The position numbers and the translations under genes were made by a program. From contig NZ_DASSMH010000115.1 of the NCBI RefSeq assembly GCF_035688975.1, positions 41,253-105,252 on the forward strand: a stretch of DNA of 64,000 bases, given 5' to 3'. The DNA is from Intrasporangium sp. (GTDB taxonomy: Bacteria > Actinomycetota > Actinomycetes > Actinomycetales > Dermatophilaceae). Shown in pieces: positions 32,124-41,855 of this stretch (the stretch's first letter is position 1; each line of letters begins with the position of its first letter). The notes beneath the pieces were generated by a model, which saw nothing but the letters and a program-made list of their open reading frames with translations, ran no database searches and was not told the DNA's origin.

Positions 32124-32438
32124 ATGACCACCACGACCATCGCCGGCCACCCCGTCGAGGTCAACGAGGAGGGCTTCCTCACCAACCCGCGCCAGTGGAG
32201 CGACGAGCTCGGTGCCGAGCTGGCCCGCCTCATCGGGATCGAGCTCGGCCCCGAGCACTGGAAGCTCGTCCACTTCCTGCGCGACGACTTCGCCGCCCAG
32301 GGCGAGACGGCCACGCTGCGCCGCGTGAGCACGTCGACCGGCGTGCCCGTGAAGCAGCTCTTCGCCCTCTTCCCCGGCAAGCCGGCGAAGAAGCTGGCCT
32401 ACGTCTCCGGGCTGCCCAAGCCCAAGGGGTGCGTCTGA
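32124..32438 (+). CDS. TusE/DsrC/DsvC family sulfur-relay protein
   Basis: 104 aa. EEGFLTNPRQWSDEL..., and a C-terminal arm ...GLPKPKGCV with the conserved penultimate Cys (single-Cys TusE type). Confidence 0.85.
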   Translation: MTTTTIAGHPVEVNEEGFLTNPRQWSDELGAELARLIGIELGPEHWKLVHFLRDDFAAQGETATLRRVSTSTGVPVKQLFALFPGKPAKKLAYVSGLPKPKGCV

Positions 32439-32492
32439 GCCGCCTCCCGGTATGCCGGTCCACCCACCCACCCACTCGAAGGAGGCCTTCCC

Positions 32493-33002
32493 ATGACCGA
32501 CACCATGCCGGTGATCCTCCCGTCGTTCGACGATGCGGCGACCAGCGGCCGCAAGCTCGCGATCATCTGCAGCAAGGGCACCCTCGACATGGCCTACCCC
32601 GGGCTCGTCCTCGCCAACGCCGCCCTCGGTGAGGGCATCGAGACCCACCTGTTCTTCACCTTCTGGGGCTTCGACATGATCAACAAGAGGACCATGGGCG
32701 ACCTCAAGTTCACCCCGCTCGGCAACACCGCGACCCACGTGCCCCAGGGGCTCGGCGGCATACCGGGCATGACGCATCTGGCCACGTCGCAGATGAAGAA
32801 GGCCATGGCCGAGCTCGACATCCCCGAGGTCCCCGACTTCCTCGACCAGATCGTCGCCTCCGGCGGTCACCTGTGGGCCTGCCGCATGTCGGCCGACCTG
32901 CAGCACCTCCACGAGGCGGACCTGCGTGACGACGTCGAAGGCATCATCTCCGCCGCCGACTTCATGGAGCTCACCGAGGGGGCGCAGATCCTCTTCATCT
33001 GA
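32493..33002 (+). CDS. DsrE/DsrF-like family protein (DsrE2 / COG2210 type)
   Basis: [41 protein letters not shown]... and [10 protein letters not shown]. Confidence 0.8.
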   Translation: MTDTMPVILPSFDDAATSGRKLAIICSKGTLDMAYPGLVLANAALGEGIETHLFFTFWGFDMINKRTMGDLKFTPLGNTATHVPQGLGGIPGMTHLATSQMKKAMAELDIPEVPDFLDQIVASGGHLWACRMSADLQHLHEADLRDDVEGIISAADFMELTEGAQILFI

Positions 33003-33135
33003 CCGGGTAGGCCAGGCCCCGAGAGGAGCAGCCGCCAGTCGTCGCCGGACCGGGACCCCTGGCCGGATCGGCGCCGGGAGCGGCGGTGTGGAAGGATCGG
33101 GCGACCGCCCCGCACACCGCCCAGGAGGCTCCGTC

Positions 33136-33864
33136 ATGCCCGACGCCCTGACCGTCCCGCTCCGGCGGGTCCTGCTCAAGCTCTCGGGGGAGGCGTTCGG
33201 CGGGGGCAAGGTCGGCGTCGACCCGGCCGTCGTGGCGGGGATCGCCAGGCAGATCGCGCCCGCCATCCGCCAGGGCGTGCAGGTGGCCGTCGTCGTGGGA
33301 GGCGGCAACTTCTTCCGCGGCGCCGAGCTGCAGCAACGCGGCATGGACCGCACCCGGGCCGACTACATGGGCATGCTCGGCACGGTCATGAACTGCCTCG
33401 CGCTGCAGGACTTCCTCGAGAAGGAGGGCGTCGAGACACGGGTGCAGTCGGCGATCTCGATGACCCAGATCGCCGAGCCCTACATCCCACGGCGGGCGAT
33501 CCGCCACCTCGAGAAGGGACGCGTCGTGATCTTCGGCGCAGGGGCCGGGATGCCGTTCTTCTCCACCGACACCGTGAGCGCGCAGCGGGCGCTGGAGATC
33601 AAGTGCGACGCGGTGCTCATGAGCAAGAACGGCGTCGACGGGGTCTACGACTCCGACCCGCGCCGCAACCCGGACGCGCAGAAGCTCGACACCGTCACCT
33701 TCACCGAGGCGATCTCGGGCGGGCTCAAGGTCGTCGACGCCGCCGCGTTCGCCCTGTGCATGGAGAACAAGCTCCCGATGGTCGTCTTCGCCATGGAGGG
33801 CCCGGGAAACATCACCCGCGCGCTGCTGGGTGAGAGGATCGGCACGCTGGTCACCAACGACTGA
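33136..33864 (+). CDS. pyrH: UMP kinase
   Basis: AGGAGG at 33123-33128. [14 protein letters not shown]..., [11 protein letters not shown] and [16 protein letters not shown]. Confidence 0.96.
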   Translation: MPDALTVPLRRVLLKLSGEAFGGGKVGVDPAVVAGIARQIAPAIRQGVQVAVVVGGGNFFRGAELQQRGMDRTRADYMGMLGTVMNCLALQDFLEKEGVETRVQSAISMTQIAEPYIPRRAIRHLEKGRVVIFGAGAGMPFFSTDTVSAQRALEIKCDAVLMSKNGVDGVYDSDPRRNPDAQKLDTVTFTEAISGGLKVVDAAAFALCMENKLPMVVFAMEGPGNITRALLGERIGTLVTND

Positions 33865-33949
33865 TGCCCGTGCGAGCAGCGCCGGGCGTCGGCGTCCGCA
33901 GCCGCACCCCGGTCACCACCGGTCACCACAGACGAGGAAAGAAAACCCG

Positions 33950-34507
33950 ATGATCGAAGAGACCCTGTTCGAGGCCGAAGAGAAGATGGACAAGGCCGTC
34001 GAGGTCGTGAAGGAGGACTTCGCCGGCATCCGGACCGGCCGGGCCAACCCTGGGCTGTTCAACAAGCTGCAGGTCGAGTACTACGGCGCCCCGACCCCGC
34101 TGCAGCAGCTCGCCTCCTTCCAGAACCCGGAGGCTCGCACGATCCTCGTCATCCCGTTCGACAAGTCGGCGATGCACGCCATCGAGAAGGCCATCCGCGA
34201 CTCCGACCTCGGCGTCAACCCGAGCAGCGACGGCAACCAGATCCGCTGCGTGATGCCGGAGCTGACGGAGCAGCGTCGCCGCGACTACATCAAGCTCGCG
34301 CACCAGAAGGCCGAGGAGGCCCGGGTCTCCGTCCGCAACATCCGGCGCAAGGCCAAGACGGACCTCGACCGTCTCGTCAAGGACGGAGAGGTCGGCGAGG
34401 ACGAGGGGGCGCGAGCCGAGAAGGAGCTGGACGCGCTGACGAAGAAGCACGTCGACCTCGTCGACTCCCTCGTCAAGTCCAAGGAGACCGAGCTGCTCGA
34501 GGTGTGA
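33950..34507 (+). CDS. frr: Ribosome recycling factor
   Basis: [37 protein letters not shown]... 185 aa. Confidence 0.96.
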   Translation: MIEETLFEAEEKMDKAVEVVKEDFAGIRTGRANPGLFNKLQVEYYGAPTPLQQLASFQNPEARTILVIPFDKSAMHAIEKAIRDSDLGVNPSSDGNQIRCVMPELTEQRRRDYIKLAHQKAEEARVSVRNIRRKAKTDLDRLVKDGEVGEDEGARAEKELDALTKKHVDLVDSLVKSKETELLEV

Positions 34508-34526
34508 CCTCGATGCTCGCCCGCCC

Positions 34527-35525
34527 ATGTCCTCCGACGAGCCAGCAGAGTCCTCGGGCACCGAGGAGCGCTCCGGCAGCGAGGCGCCACCCGTTCCGGA
34601 GCCGGAGCACCACGGAGAGGGACTGCTCGAGGTGACTGCCCCCGTCCCCTACGAGGCCTCGCTCGACGACGTCGCGACGCTGCCACCCGAGGAGGTCCTC
34701 GAGAAGAAGCCGCCGCGCGCCGGCCGCGACCTCAAGGCCGCGATCGCGGTGGGCCTCACCCTGGGCGGGCTCGTCGTCGGCACCCTGGCGGTGCGGAAGG
34801 AGTCGTTCCTCGTCCTGCTCATGGCCGCCGTGGCAGTCGGCGTCTGGGAGATGCGGGCCGCCCTGCGGCCGACCGGGGCGCGGGCCGCGCTGGCCCCAGC
34901 GGTCCTCGGCTCTGTCGGGATGCTGTGGGCCGCGTATGCCGGCGGGCCGGCCGCCCTCACCGCGGCCTGGTGCCTCGCCTCCGTCGCGGTGGTCCTGTGG
35001 CGCGCCGCCGGCCCCCCGGAAGGCGCAGCGCGGGACGTGCTCGGCGGCATGTTCATCGTCACCTACCCGGCGTTCCTCGCCGGCTTCTGCGCGCTCCTGC
35101 TCGCAGCCGAGGACGGCGTCGGCCGGGTCTTCGTCTTCATCCTCATCACCGTGTGCAGCGACGTCGGGGGGTATGCCGCGGGCGTCCTCCTCGGCAGGCA
35201 CCCCATGGCGCCGTCCATCAGCCCGAAGAAGTCGTGGGAGGGATTCGGCGGGTCGGTGCTCCTCTGCGTCGCCGGGGGCGCCGTCACGGTGCGCCTGATC
35301 CTCGGCCAGCCGTGGTGGATCGGGATGCTCCTCGGCGTCGGCGTCGCCGTCGCCGCCACGGTCGGGGACCTCATGGAGTCCCTGCTCAAGCGCGACCTCG
35401 GCATCAAGGACATGTCCAACCTCCTTCCCGGCCACGGTGGCCTGATGGACCGGCTCGACTCGCTCATCGTCGTCGCGCCCATCGTCTGGGCGGTCCTCAC
35501 CCTGCTCGCGCCGACCGCCCGGTAG
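34527..35525 (+). CDS. cdsA: Phosphatidate cytidylyltransferase
   Basis: Polytopic membrane protein. C-terminal signature SPKKSWEGFGGS...GDLMESLLKRDLGIKDMSNLLPGHGGLMDRLDS. Confidence 0.93.
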   Translation: MSSDEPAESSGTEERSGSEAPPVPEPEHHGEGLLEVTAPVPYEASLDDVATLPPEEVLEKKPPRAGRDLKAAIAVGLTLGGLVVGTLAVRKESFLVLLMAAVAVGVWEMRAALRPTGARAALAPAVLGSVGMLWAAYAGGPAALTAAWCLASVAVVLWRAAGPPEGAARDVLGGMFIVTYPAFLAGFCALLLAAEDGVGRVFVFILITVCSDVGGYAAGVLLGRHPMAPSISPKKSWEGFGGSVLLCVAGGAVTVRLILGQPWWIGMLLGVGVAVAATVGDLMESLLKRDLGIKDMSNLLPGHGGLMDRLDSLIVVAPIVWAVLTLLAPTAR

Positions 35526-35567
35526 GCGGACCGACCACGCTGGCGGGCCTGAGACAATGGACGGGCC

Positions 35568-36776
35568 ATGAGCACCTCCGAGCCCTCCGCGCCCTCCGCG
35601 CCCTCCCGGCGTCCCGTCCCCCTGCCCGAGCCGACGACCGCCCCACCGGTCCCCGGCCAGCTGACCTTCCGCGCGCCCCGGCGCGCGAAGCCGCCGCGGC
35701 ACCTCGCCGACCTCAGCCCGGCCGAGCGCACCGACGCGGTGGTGCGCCTCGGGCAGCAGGGCTTCCGCGCCCGGCAGCTGTCGACGCACTACTTCGATCG
35801 GCTCACCCTCGACCCGGAGCGGATGACCGACCTGCCCAAGGCCGTGCGTGGCGGCCTGGTCGCGGACCTCCTGCCCACCCTGCTCACCCCCGTCGTGCGG
35901 CGCACCGCGGACGACGGCCAGACGATGAAGTACGCGTGGCGCCTGCACGACCGCGCCATCGTCGAGTCGGTCCTCATGCGCTACCCGGGGCGGGTGACGA
36001 TCTGCATCTCGAGCCAGGCCGGGTGCGGCATGAACTGCCCCTTCTGCGCCACCGGACAGGCCGGGCTCACGCGCAACCTGTCCACCGCCGAGATCGTCGA
36101 GCAGGTGGTGTGGGCGGCGCGGGCGCTGCGGGCCGGGGAGCTCGCCGGTGGCGAGGCGGCCGACCGCGAGGCCCCGCTGCGCGTCAGCAACGTCGTCTTC
36201 ATGGGCATGGGGGAGGCCCTCGCCAACTACCAGCAGGCCATCGGCGCCATCCGGCGGCTCACCGACCCGGTCCCGGACGGCCTCGGCCTGTCGGCGAGGG
36301 GGATCACGATGTCGACGGTGGGGCTCGTGCCGGGCATCGACAAGCTCGCCGCCGAGGGGGTGCCCGTGACGCTCGCACTGTCGCTGCACGCACCCGACGA
36401 CGAGCTGCGCAACGAGCTCGTGCCGATCAACACCCGGTGGTCGGTCGACGAGGCGCTCGACGCCGCGCACCGCTACTACGCGACGACCGGCCGACGCGTG
36501 TCCATCGAGTACGCCCTGATCCGGGACATCAACGACCAGGGCTGGCGGGCCGACCTGCTCGGGGAGAAGCTGCGCCGGCGCGGCCGCGGCTGGGTCCACG
36601 TCAACCCCATCCCGCTCAACCCGACGCCCGGGTCCAAGTGGACCGCCTCCCGGCCGGGGGTCGAGCAGCACTTCGTCGAGCGGTTGCGGGCCCACGGCAT
36701 ACCGACGACGGTGCGCGACACCCGCGGCCAGGACATCGACGGGGCGTGCGGGCAGCTGGCGGCGTCCACCGCCTGA
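35568..36776 (+). CDS. rlmN: 23S rRNA/tRNA (adenine-C2)-methyltransferase RlmN (radical SAM)
   Basis: [21 protein letters not shown] (CxxxCxxC), [11 protein letters not shown] and ...DIDGACGQL. Confidence 0.94.
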   Translation: MSTSEPSAPSAPSRRPVPLPEPTTAPPVPGQLTFRAPRRAKPPRHLADLSPAERTDAVVRLGQQGFRARQLSTHYFDRLTLDPERMTDLPKAVRGGLVADLLPTLLTPVVRRTADDGQTMKYAWRLHDRAIVESVLMRYPGRVTICISSQAGCGMNCPFCATGQAGLTRNLSTAEIVEQVVWAARALRAGELAGGEAADREAPLRVSNVVFMGMGEALANYQQAIGAIRRLTDPVPDGLGLSARGITMSTVGLVPGIDKLAAEGVPVTLALSLHAPDDELRNELVPINTRWSVDEALDAAHRYYATTGRRVSIEYALIRDINDQGWRADLLGEKLRRRGRGWVHVNPIPLNPTPGSKWTASRPGVEQHFVERLRAHGIPTTVRDTRGQDIDGACGQLAASTA

Positions 36777-36861
36777 CCGCCGAGCGGCCACGGGCTGCCA
36801 AGCCGGTCACTCCCGCCCCGGCCCACTGGCACCGCCCGGTGCGGGACGGCAGAGTGAGGCC

Positions 36862-38760
36862 ATGAGCACCGGCGCCTACGCCCGCACCTACCAGGCCAGC
36901 ATCGAGGACCCCGCCGCGTTCTGGGGGGCGGCTGCGCAGGACATCGACTGGGTCACGCCCCCGACCACCGTCCTCGACGACTCGAACGCGCCGTTCTACC
37001 GGTGGTTCCCCGACGGCGAGCTCAACGTGTGCTTCAACGCCGTGGACCGGCACGTGGCCGCGGGCCGGGGCGACCAGCCGGCCATCCGCTACGACTCTCC
37101 CGTGACCGGGACCACGCGCACCATTGCGTATGCCGAGCTGCTCGAGCAGGTGCGGGCGGTCGCGGGGGGCCTGAGGGGGCTCGGGGTCGACAAGGGCGAC
37201 CGGGTCGTCATCTACATGCCGATGGTGCCCGAGGCGGTCGTCGCGATGCTCGCCTGCGCCCGGATCGGCGCCGTCCACTCCGTCGTCTTCGGCGGCTTCG
37301 CCCCACAGGAGCTCGCCGCGCGCATCGACGACGCCGCGCCCAAGGTCATCCTGTCCGCCTCGTGCGGGGTGGAGCCGAGCCGGGTCGTGCCCTACAAGCC
37401 GTTCCTCGACGAGGCGATCAACCGGTCCGCGCACCAGCCCGACACGTGCGTCATCCTCCAGCGCGAGCAGCAGCCGGCCGAGCTCGGGGAACGCGACGTC
37501 GACTGGCGCGACTTCGTCGCCGGTGACGCGGCCCGGGCGGGCGCCGACCCGGTCCCCGTGCGCGGCACCGACCCGCTCTACGTCCTCTACACGTCCGGCA
37601 CGACGGGCAAGCCGAAGGGCATCGTGCGCGACAGCGGTGGGTATGCCGTGGCGCTGCGCTGGTCGATGAAGGCCATCTACGACGTCGGGCCGGGCGAGAC
37701 GCTCTTCACGGCGAGCGACGTCGGATGGGTCGTCGGCCACTCCTACATCGTCTACGCGCCGCTGCTCACCGGCGCCACGACGGTGCTCTACGAGGGCAAG
37801 CCGGTCGGCACCCCGGACGCCGGGGCCTTCTGGCGGGTCATCGCGGACTACGGCGTCAAGGCCCTCTTCACGGCCCCGACGGCCTTCCGCGCGATCAAGA
37901 AGGAGGACTCCGGGGCCACGCTCCTCGCGGCATACGACCTCGCCGGCTTCGAGACGCTCTTCCTCGCTGGGGAGCGGCTCGACCCGGACACCTACGAGTG
38001 GGCTTCCGCCACGCTCCGGGTGCCGGTCATCGACAACTGGTGGCAGACGGAGACCGACTGGCCGATCGCGGCCAACCCCAAGGGCATCGAGCAGCTGCCG
38101 ATCAAGCCGGGGTCGCCCTCGGTCCCGGTGCCGGGCTACGACGTGCGGGTGCTCGACGGGGAGGGCAACGAGGTCGAGCGGGGCCGGGAGGGGGCGATCT
38201 GCATCAGGCTGCCCATGCCGCCGGGGACCCTGCCGACGCTGTGGCGCGACGACGAGCGCTACGTCAGCTCCTACCTGTCCGCCTACCCCGGCTACTACCT
38301 CACCGGAGACGGCGGCTACATCGACGAGGACGGCTACATCTTCGTCATGGGCCGCACCGACGACGTCCTCAACGTCGCGGGCCACCGGCTCTCGACCGGC
38401 TCCATCGAGTCCGCCCTGGCCGGGCACGAGGCGGTCGCCGAGTGCGCCGTCATCGGTGTGCGCGACGAGCTCAAGGGCCAGGTGCCGAGGGCCCTGGTCG
38501 TGCTCAAGTCCGGCGTCGACGCCGCAGCCGACGGGGAGCGGATCTGCAGGGAGCTCGTCCAGCGGGTCCGGGCGGAGGTGGGCGCGGTCGCCGCCCTGCA
38601 GCAGGTCGACATCGTCCCGGGCCTGCCGAAGACCCGCTCCGGCAAGATCCTGCGCAAGACGATGCGCGAGATCGCCGACGGTGGCTCGCCCTCGGTGCCC
38701 GCCACCATCGAGGACGCCGGCGTCCTCGACGCGCTCGGCCCCGTCCTGCGCCGGGACTGA
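36862..38760 (+). CDS. prpE: Propionate--CoA ligase (acyl-CoA synthetase, PrpE-like)
   Basis: N-terminus YQASIEDPAAFWGAAAQDIDWVTPPTTVLDDSNAPFYRWF is PrpE-like. AMP-binding motif YTSGTTGKPKG. VVFGGFAPQELAARIDDA. C-terminal PKTRSGKILR. Confidence 0.85.
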   Translation: MSTGAYARTYQASIEDPAAFWGAAAQDIDWVTPPTTVLDDSNAPFYRWFPDGELNVCFNAVDRHVAAGRGDQPAIRYDSPVTGTTRTIAYAELLEQVRAVAGGLRGLGVDKGDRVVIYMPMVPEAVVAMLACARIGAVHSVVFGGFAPQELAARIDDAAPKVILSASCGVEPSRVVPYKPFLDEAINRSAHQPDTCVILQREQQPAELGERDVDWRDFVAGDAARAGADPVPVRGTDPLYVLYTSGTTGKPKGIVRDSGGYAVALRWSMKAIYDVGPGETLFTASDVGWVVGHSYIVYAPLLTGATTVLYEGKPVGTPDAGAFWRVIADYGVKALFTAPTAFRAIKKEDSGATLLAAYDLAGFETLFLAGERLDPDTYEWASATLRVPVIDNWWQTETDWPIAANPKGIEQLPIKPGSPSVPVPGYDVRVLDGEGNEVERGREGAICIRLPMPPGTLPTLWRDDERYVSSYLSAYPGYYLTGDGGYIDEDGYIFVMGRTDDVLNVAGHRLSTGSIESALAGHEAVAECAVIGVRDELKGQVPRALVVLKSGVDAAADGERICRELVQRVRAEVGAVAALQQVDIVPGLPKTRSGKILRKTMREIADGGSPSVPATIEDAGVLDALGPVLRRD

Positions 38761-38770
38761 ACCACCCCCT

Positions 38771-38852
38771 CACGTCGAGTGGCCAGTTCCGTGCAGGGCC
38801 CGCACCCACCTGCCCCGCCCCCACGTCGAGTGGCCAGTTCCGTGCAGGGCCC
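38771..38852. repeat. Perfect 31-bp direct repeat, two copies 51 bp apart, between convergent genes
   Basis: CACGTCGAGTGGCCAGTTCCGTGCAGGGCCC at 38771-38801 and 38822-38852. Confidence 0.9.
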
Positions 38853-38873
38853 ACGCGCGTCCCGGGGCAACGC

Positions 38874-39983
38874 TCACGTGGCAATGCGTGCAACCGCTGC
38901 GTCGAGGTCGTCGACGAGGTGCAGTGAGCCCGCCATCCGCCGGCTCCGGGCCAGCGCCTGCAGCGCCGGCCAGATCGGCAGCTGCTCCGTCCAGTGCCAC
39001 CGACCGACCAGGACGAGGGGTGGCAGCGGCGCCTCCTCGCGGGCGTAGTAGAGGGGCGTGACCGCCTGGAAGATCTCCTGCACGGTGCCCGCCGCGCCGG
39101 GCAGCACGACGACGCCCCCCGTGCAGCGGGCGAGGAGGCCGTCCTCGCGGATCGCGTTGGAGAAGTACTTGGCCACGACGTCGCAGAAGACGTTGGGCGG
39201 CTCGTGGCCATAGAACCACGTCGGGATGCCGAGCGAGCGGGCCGACGGGCCCAGCGTGTCCGTCGGCGCTGGCGGCTCGTCGCCGACGATGGTCTGGCGC
39301 ACCTGCAGCGCGAGCGACGCCCACGAGGTGACGTCAGGGCGGAAGGAGGGCACCCGCTCCAGCCGACCGAGCGCCTCGGACAGGGCGACGCGGTCGCGGC
39401 AGAACGCCCCGAGGTTGGCCGCCTCCATCGCACCCGGGCCCCCGCCGGTCGCGACGAGGTGCCCCGCCTCGGCCAGGTCGTGTCCCAGGCCAGCGGCGGC
39501 GGCATACCCCGTCGACCCGCGGGCCAGCGCGTGCCCACCCATGACGCCCACGACCGACCGGCCGGCGACGAACTCGTCCAGCTCGTCGGTGACCGCGTCG
39601 TCGTGGATGGCGCGGATCAGCGTGCAGTAGGCGTCGGTGCGTAGCCGGGCGTCGACCGACCAGGCGTAGGCGCGGGCGTCGGGGGTCGCCGCGTAGCCAC
39701 CGGCGTCCAGCCCGGCATACAGCTCCTGCGGCAGGTAGAGGCCCCGCCAGGGGTCGACGGGCGCATCCGTCACGGCGGGGAAGAGGATCGCGCCCCGGAC
39801 CTGGAGCGCGTGCGCGACGTCGGCCGGAACCGTGCCACCGAGCACGACGAGCCCCCTGAGGTCGTCGTGCTCGGCCAGCCGGTCGCCGTAGGCCGTGAGG
39901 TCGAGGTGCTGCAGGCGCAGTCCGCGAAGGGAGCCGCCCCCGTCGAGGTGGTCGTCCAGCTCGTCGAGGTCCTCGATCTCCAT
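38874..39983 (-). CDS. LOG family protein (Rossmann-fold nucleotide-binding, PpnN/TIGR00730-like) with an N-terminal extension
   Basis: VGVMGGHAL...GHLVATGGGPGAMEAANLGA and VVLPGAAGTVQEIFQ (PGGxGTxxE-type motif). 369 aa from ATG 39983. Confidence 0.75.
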   Translation of the reverse strand: MEIEDLDELDDHLDGGGSLRGLRLQHLDLTAYGDRLAEHDDLRGLVVLGGTVPADVAHALQVRGAILFPAVTDAPVDPWRGLYLPQELYAGLDAGGYAATPDARAYAWSVDARLRTDAYCTLIRAIHDDAVTDELDEFVAGRSVVGVMGGHALARGSTGYAAAAGLGHDLAEAGHLVATGGGPGAMEAANLGAFCRDRVALSEALGRLERVPSFRPDVTSWASLALQVRQTIVGDEPPAPTDTLGPSARSLGIPTWFYGHEPPNVFCDVVAKYFSNAIREDGLLARCTGGVVVLPGAAGTVQEIFQAVTPLYYAREEAPLPPLVLVGRWHWTEQLPIWPALQALARSRRMAGSLHLVDDLDAAVARIAT

Positions 39984-40059
39984 GGCGCCATTGTGCCGAG
40001 CCGCCTGCACGGCCCGGACCGGACGCACTTGCCACATCCACCGGTGGCAGGATCGGCGG

Positions 40060-41001
40060 ATGCTCGGCGTGCTGCAGGGGTTCGCGACGATCGGGGCGGT
40101 CGTCGCCGTCGGCTGGCTGCTCGCCCACGTGCGCGTCCTCGACGAGACGGCGCAGGTCGCCCTGTCCCGGCTGGCCTTCGCCGTCGCGTCGCCGGCGCTG
40201 CTGCTCACGGTCATGCAGCGCACGCCGCTGGGCGCCCTGCTCTCGCCCAACCTCTGGACCTCGCTGGCGAGCGTCGCCGCCGTCGTCGCGGCGTATGTCG
40301 CCCTCGCCGTCGTCCGCTGGCCCGGGCGGTCGCTCGGCGAGCGGGTCGTCGGGAGCCTCTGCGCCTCCTACGTCAACGCGGGCAACCTCGGCATCCCGAT
40401 CACGCTCTACGTCCTCGGCGACGTGGCCTGGGTGGCGCCGACGCTGCTCCTCCAGCTGCTCGTGCTCACGCCGGTGGCCATGGCGCTCCTGGACCGCGAC
40501 GCCCGGTCCGGCCGGCCCACGCTCTGGCACGCGCTGCGAGGGGCGGGCGGCAACCCGGTCACGGTGGGAGCGGTCGCGGGGCTGCTGCTCGCCGCCCTCC
40601 AGGTGCAACTGCCTCGGGTGGTCTCGGCCGCCGTGGAGCTCCTCGGTGCGATGGCCGTCCCGTCGATGCTCATCGCCTTCGGGATCTCGCTGCGGCTCGG
40701 TCCACGACCGGCGGCGGGGGAGTCCGCCGGCCACGTCGGCCTCCTCGTGGTGCTGAAGACGCTCGTCCAGCCCGCGGTGGCGCTCGGCGTCGGCGCCGCG
40801 GCGTTCGGGCTGCGCGGGCACGCGCTCTTCGCCGTCGTCGTGACGGGTGCCCTCCCGACGGCGCAGAACGTCTTCACGTATGCCGTGCGCTACCGCCGGG
40901 AGGTGCACCTGGCCCGGGACGTCGTCCTGCTCAGCACCTTCGCCTCGGTCCCGGTCATCCTCGGGATCGCGGCGGGCTTCCACGCCCTGGCCGGGATCTG
41001 A
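40060..41001 (+). CDS. AEC (auxin efflux carrier) family transporter
   Basis: MLGVLQGFATIGAVVAVGWLLAH..., about 10 TM segments, NAGNLGIP motif and a C-terminal ...LSTFASVPVI. Confidence 0.85.
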   Translation: MLGVLQGFATIGAVVAVGWLLAHVRVLDETAQVALSRLAFAVASPALLLTVMQRTPLGALLSPNLWTSLASVAAVVAAYVALAVVRWPGRSLGERVVGSLCASYVNAGNLGIPITLYVLGDVAWVAPTLLLQLLVLTPVAMALLDRDARSGRPTLWHALRGAGGNPVTVGAVAGLLLAALQVQLPRVVSAAVELLGAMAVPSMLIAFGISLRLGPRPAAGESAGHVGLLVVLKTLVQPAVALGVGAAAFGLRGHALFAVVVTGALPTAQNVFTYAVRYRREVHLARDVVLLSTFASVPVILGIAAGFHALAGI

Positions 41002-41007
41002 CCGCCC

Positions 41008-41751
41008 TCAGAAGTCCCCGCCGCCGAAGTCCCCGCCGAAGTCCCCGCCGCCGAAGTCGCCGAACCCGCCGCCGAAGTCGCTGCCGAGGTCGCCACCGCC
41101 GTCCCCGGCGTAGTCCACCCCCGAGTCGGCGCCGGTGTCCGCGCCCGTGTCCGCGCCCGAGTCGCCGCTGTCGCCGGCTGGGTCACCCGTGTCGGCGGCG
41201 GCCGCCGCCTCGGGGGAATCGTCGAAGCCGCCCATCATCGCGTCGGCGATGGCGGAGCCGACCACGACGCCGGCGATGGTCCCGAGCATCGAGCCGGCGA
41301 ACATGCCACCCATGCCCATGCCACCCATGCCCATGCCACCGCGGCCCATGCCCATGCCGCCACCGCCGAACGCCTGTGGCAGGTAGCCGGGCTGGCGCAT
41401 CTCGGCCCGGGTCGCGGCCCGCGCGAGCTCGGCCGGATCGGCACGGGTCGGCCGCTCGGCCTCGGGCAGGTCGGCGCTCATCCGCTGCAGCACCTGCTGG
41501 CGCTGCTCCTGCGTCAGCTTCTCGAACGCCTCGCGGTGCACCTGCTCGATGGCCTCGGGCGGCGCGGTGCGCAGCAGGTACTTGTACCGCGCGATGGCGC
41601 GCTCGTCCTCCTCCGAGGCGCCGCCCGAGGGAGCCGGCACGGCATACGGCTGGCCCGAGGGCGGCGGAAGCGAGCCATCGCGCGGGGCCGGGGCGCCGGT
41701 GCGGGACGAGGAGAGCGGCTCACGGCCGAGCAGCCGGTCGAGAAAACCCAT
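41008..41751 (-). CDS. Hypothetical low-complexity protein (Gly/Met-rich hydrophobic segment, acidic Gly/Asp C-terminal repeats)
   Basis: MGFLDRLLGR..., a helical region (QEQRQQVLQRM), GMGMGRGGMGMGGMGMGGMFAGSMLGTIAGVVVGSAIA and (GGDF)n at the C-terminus. Codon bias is consistent with coding. Confidence 0.55.
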   Translation of the reverse strand: MGFLDRLLGREPLSSSRTGAPAPRDGSLPPPSGQPYAVPAPSGGASEEDERAIARYKYLLRTAPPEAIEQVHREAFEKLTQEQRQQVLQRMSADLPEAERPTRADPAELARAATRAEMRQPGYLPQAFGGGGMGMGRGGMGMGGMGMGGMFAGSMLGTIAGVVVGSAIADAMMGGFDDSPEAAAAADTGDPAGDSGDSGADTGADTGADSGVDYAGDGGGDLGSDFGGGFGDFGGGDFGGDFGGGDF

Positions 41752-41855
41752 GGTGGGACCCCTTGGAGTGTCGATGCTGGGAGTGTGCTGACAACGACAC
41801 CCCTACCCCGTGAAGTTCCCGCTACAACCGGGTCCGACGGGCGGGCCCCCCCGGG

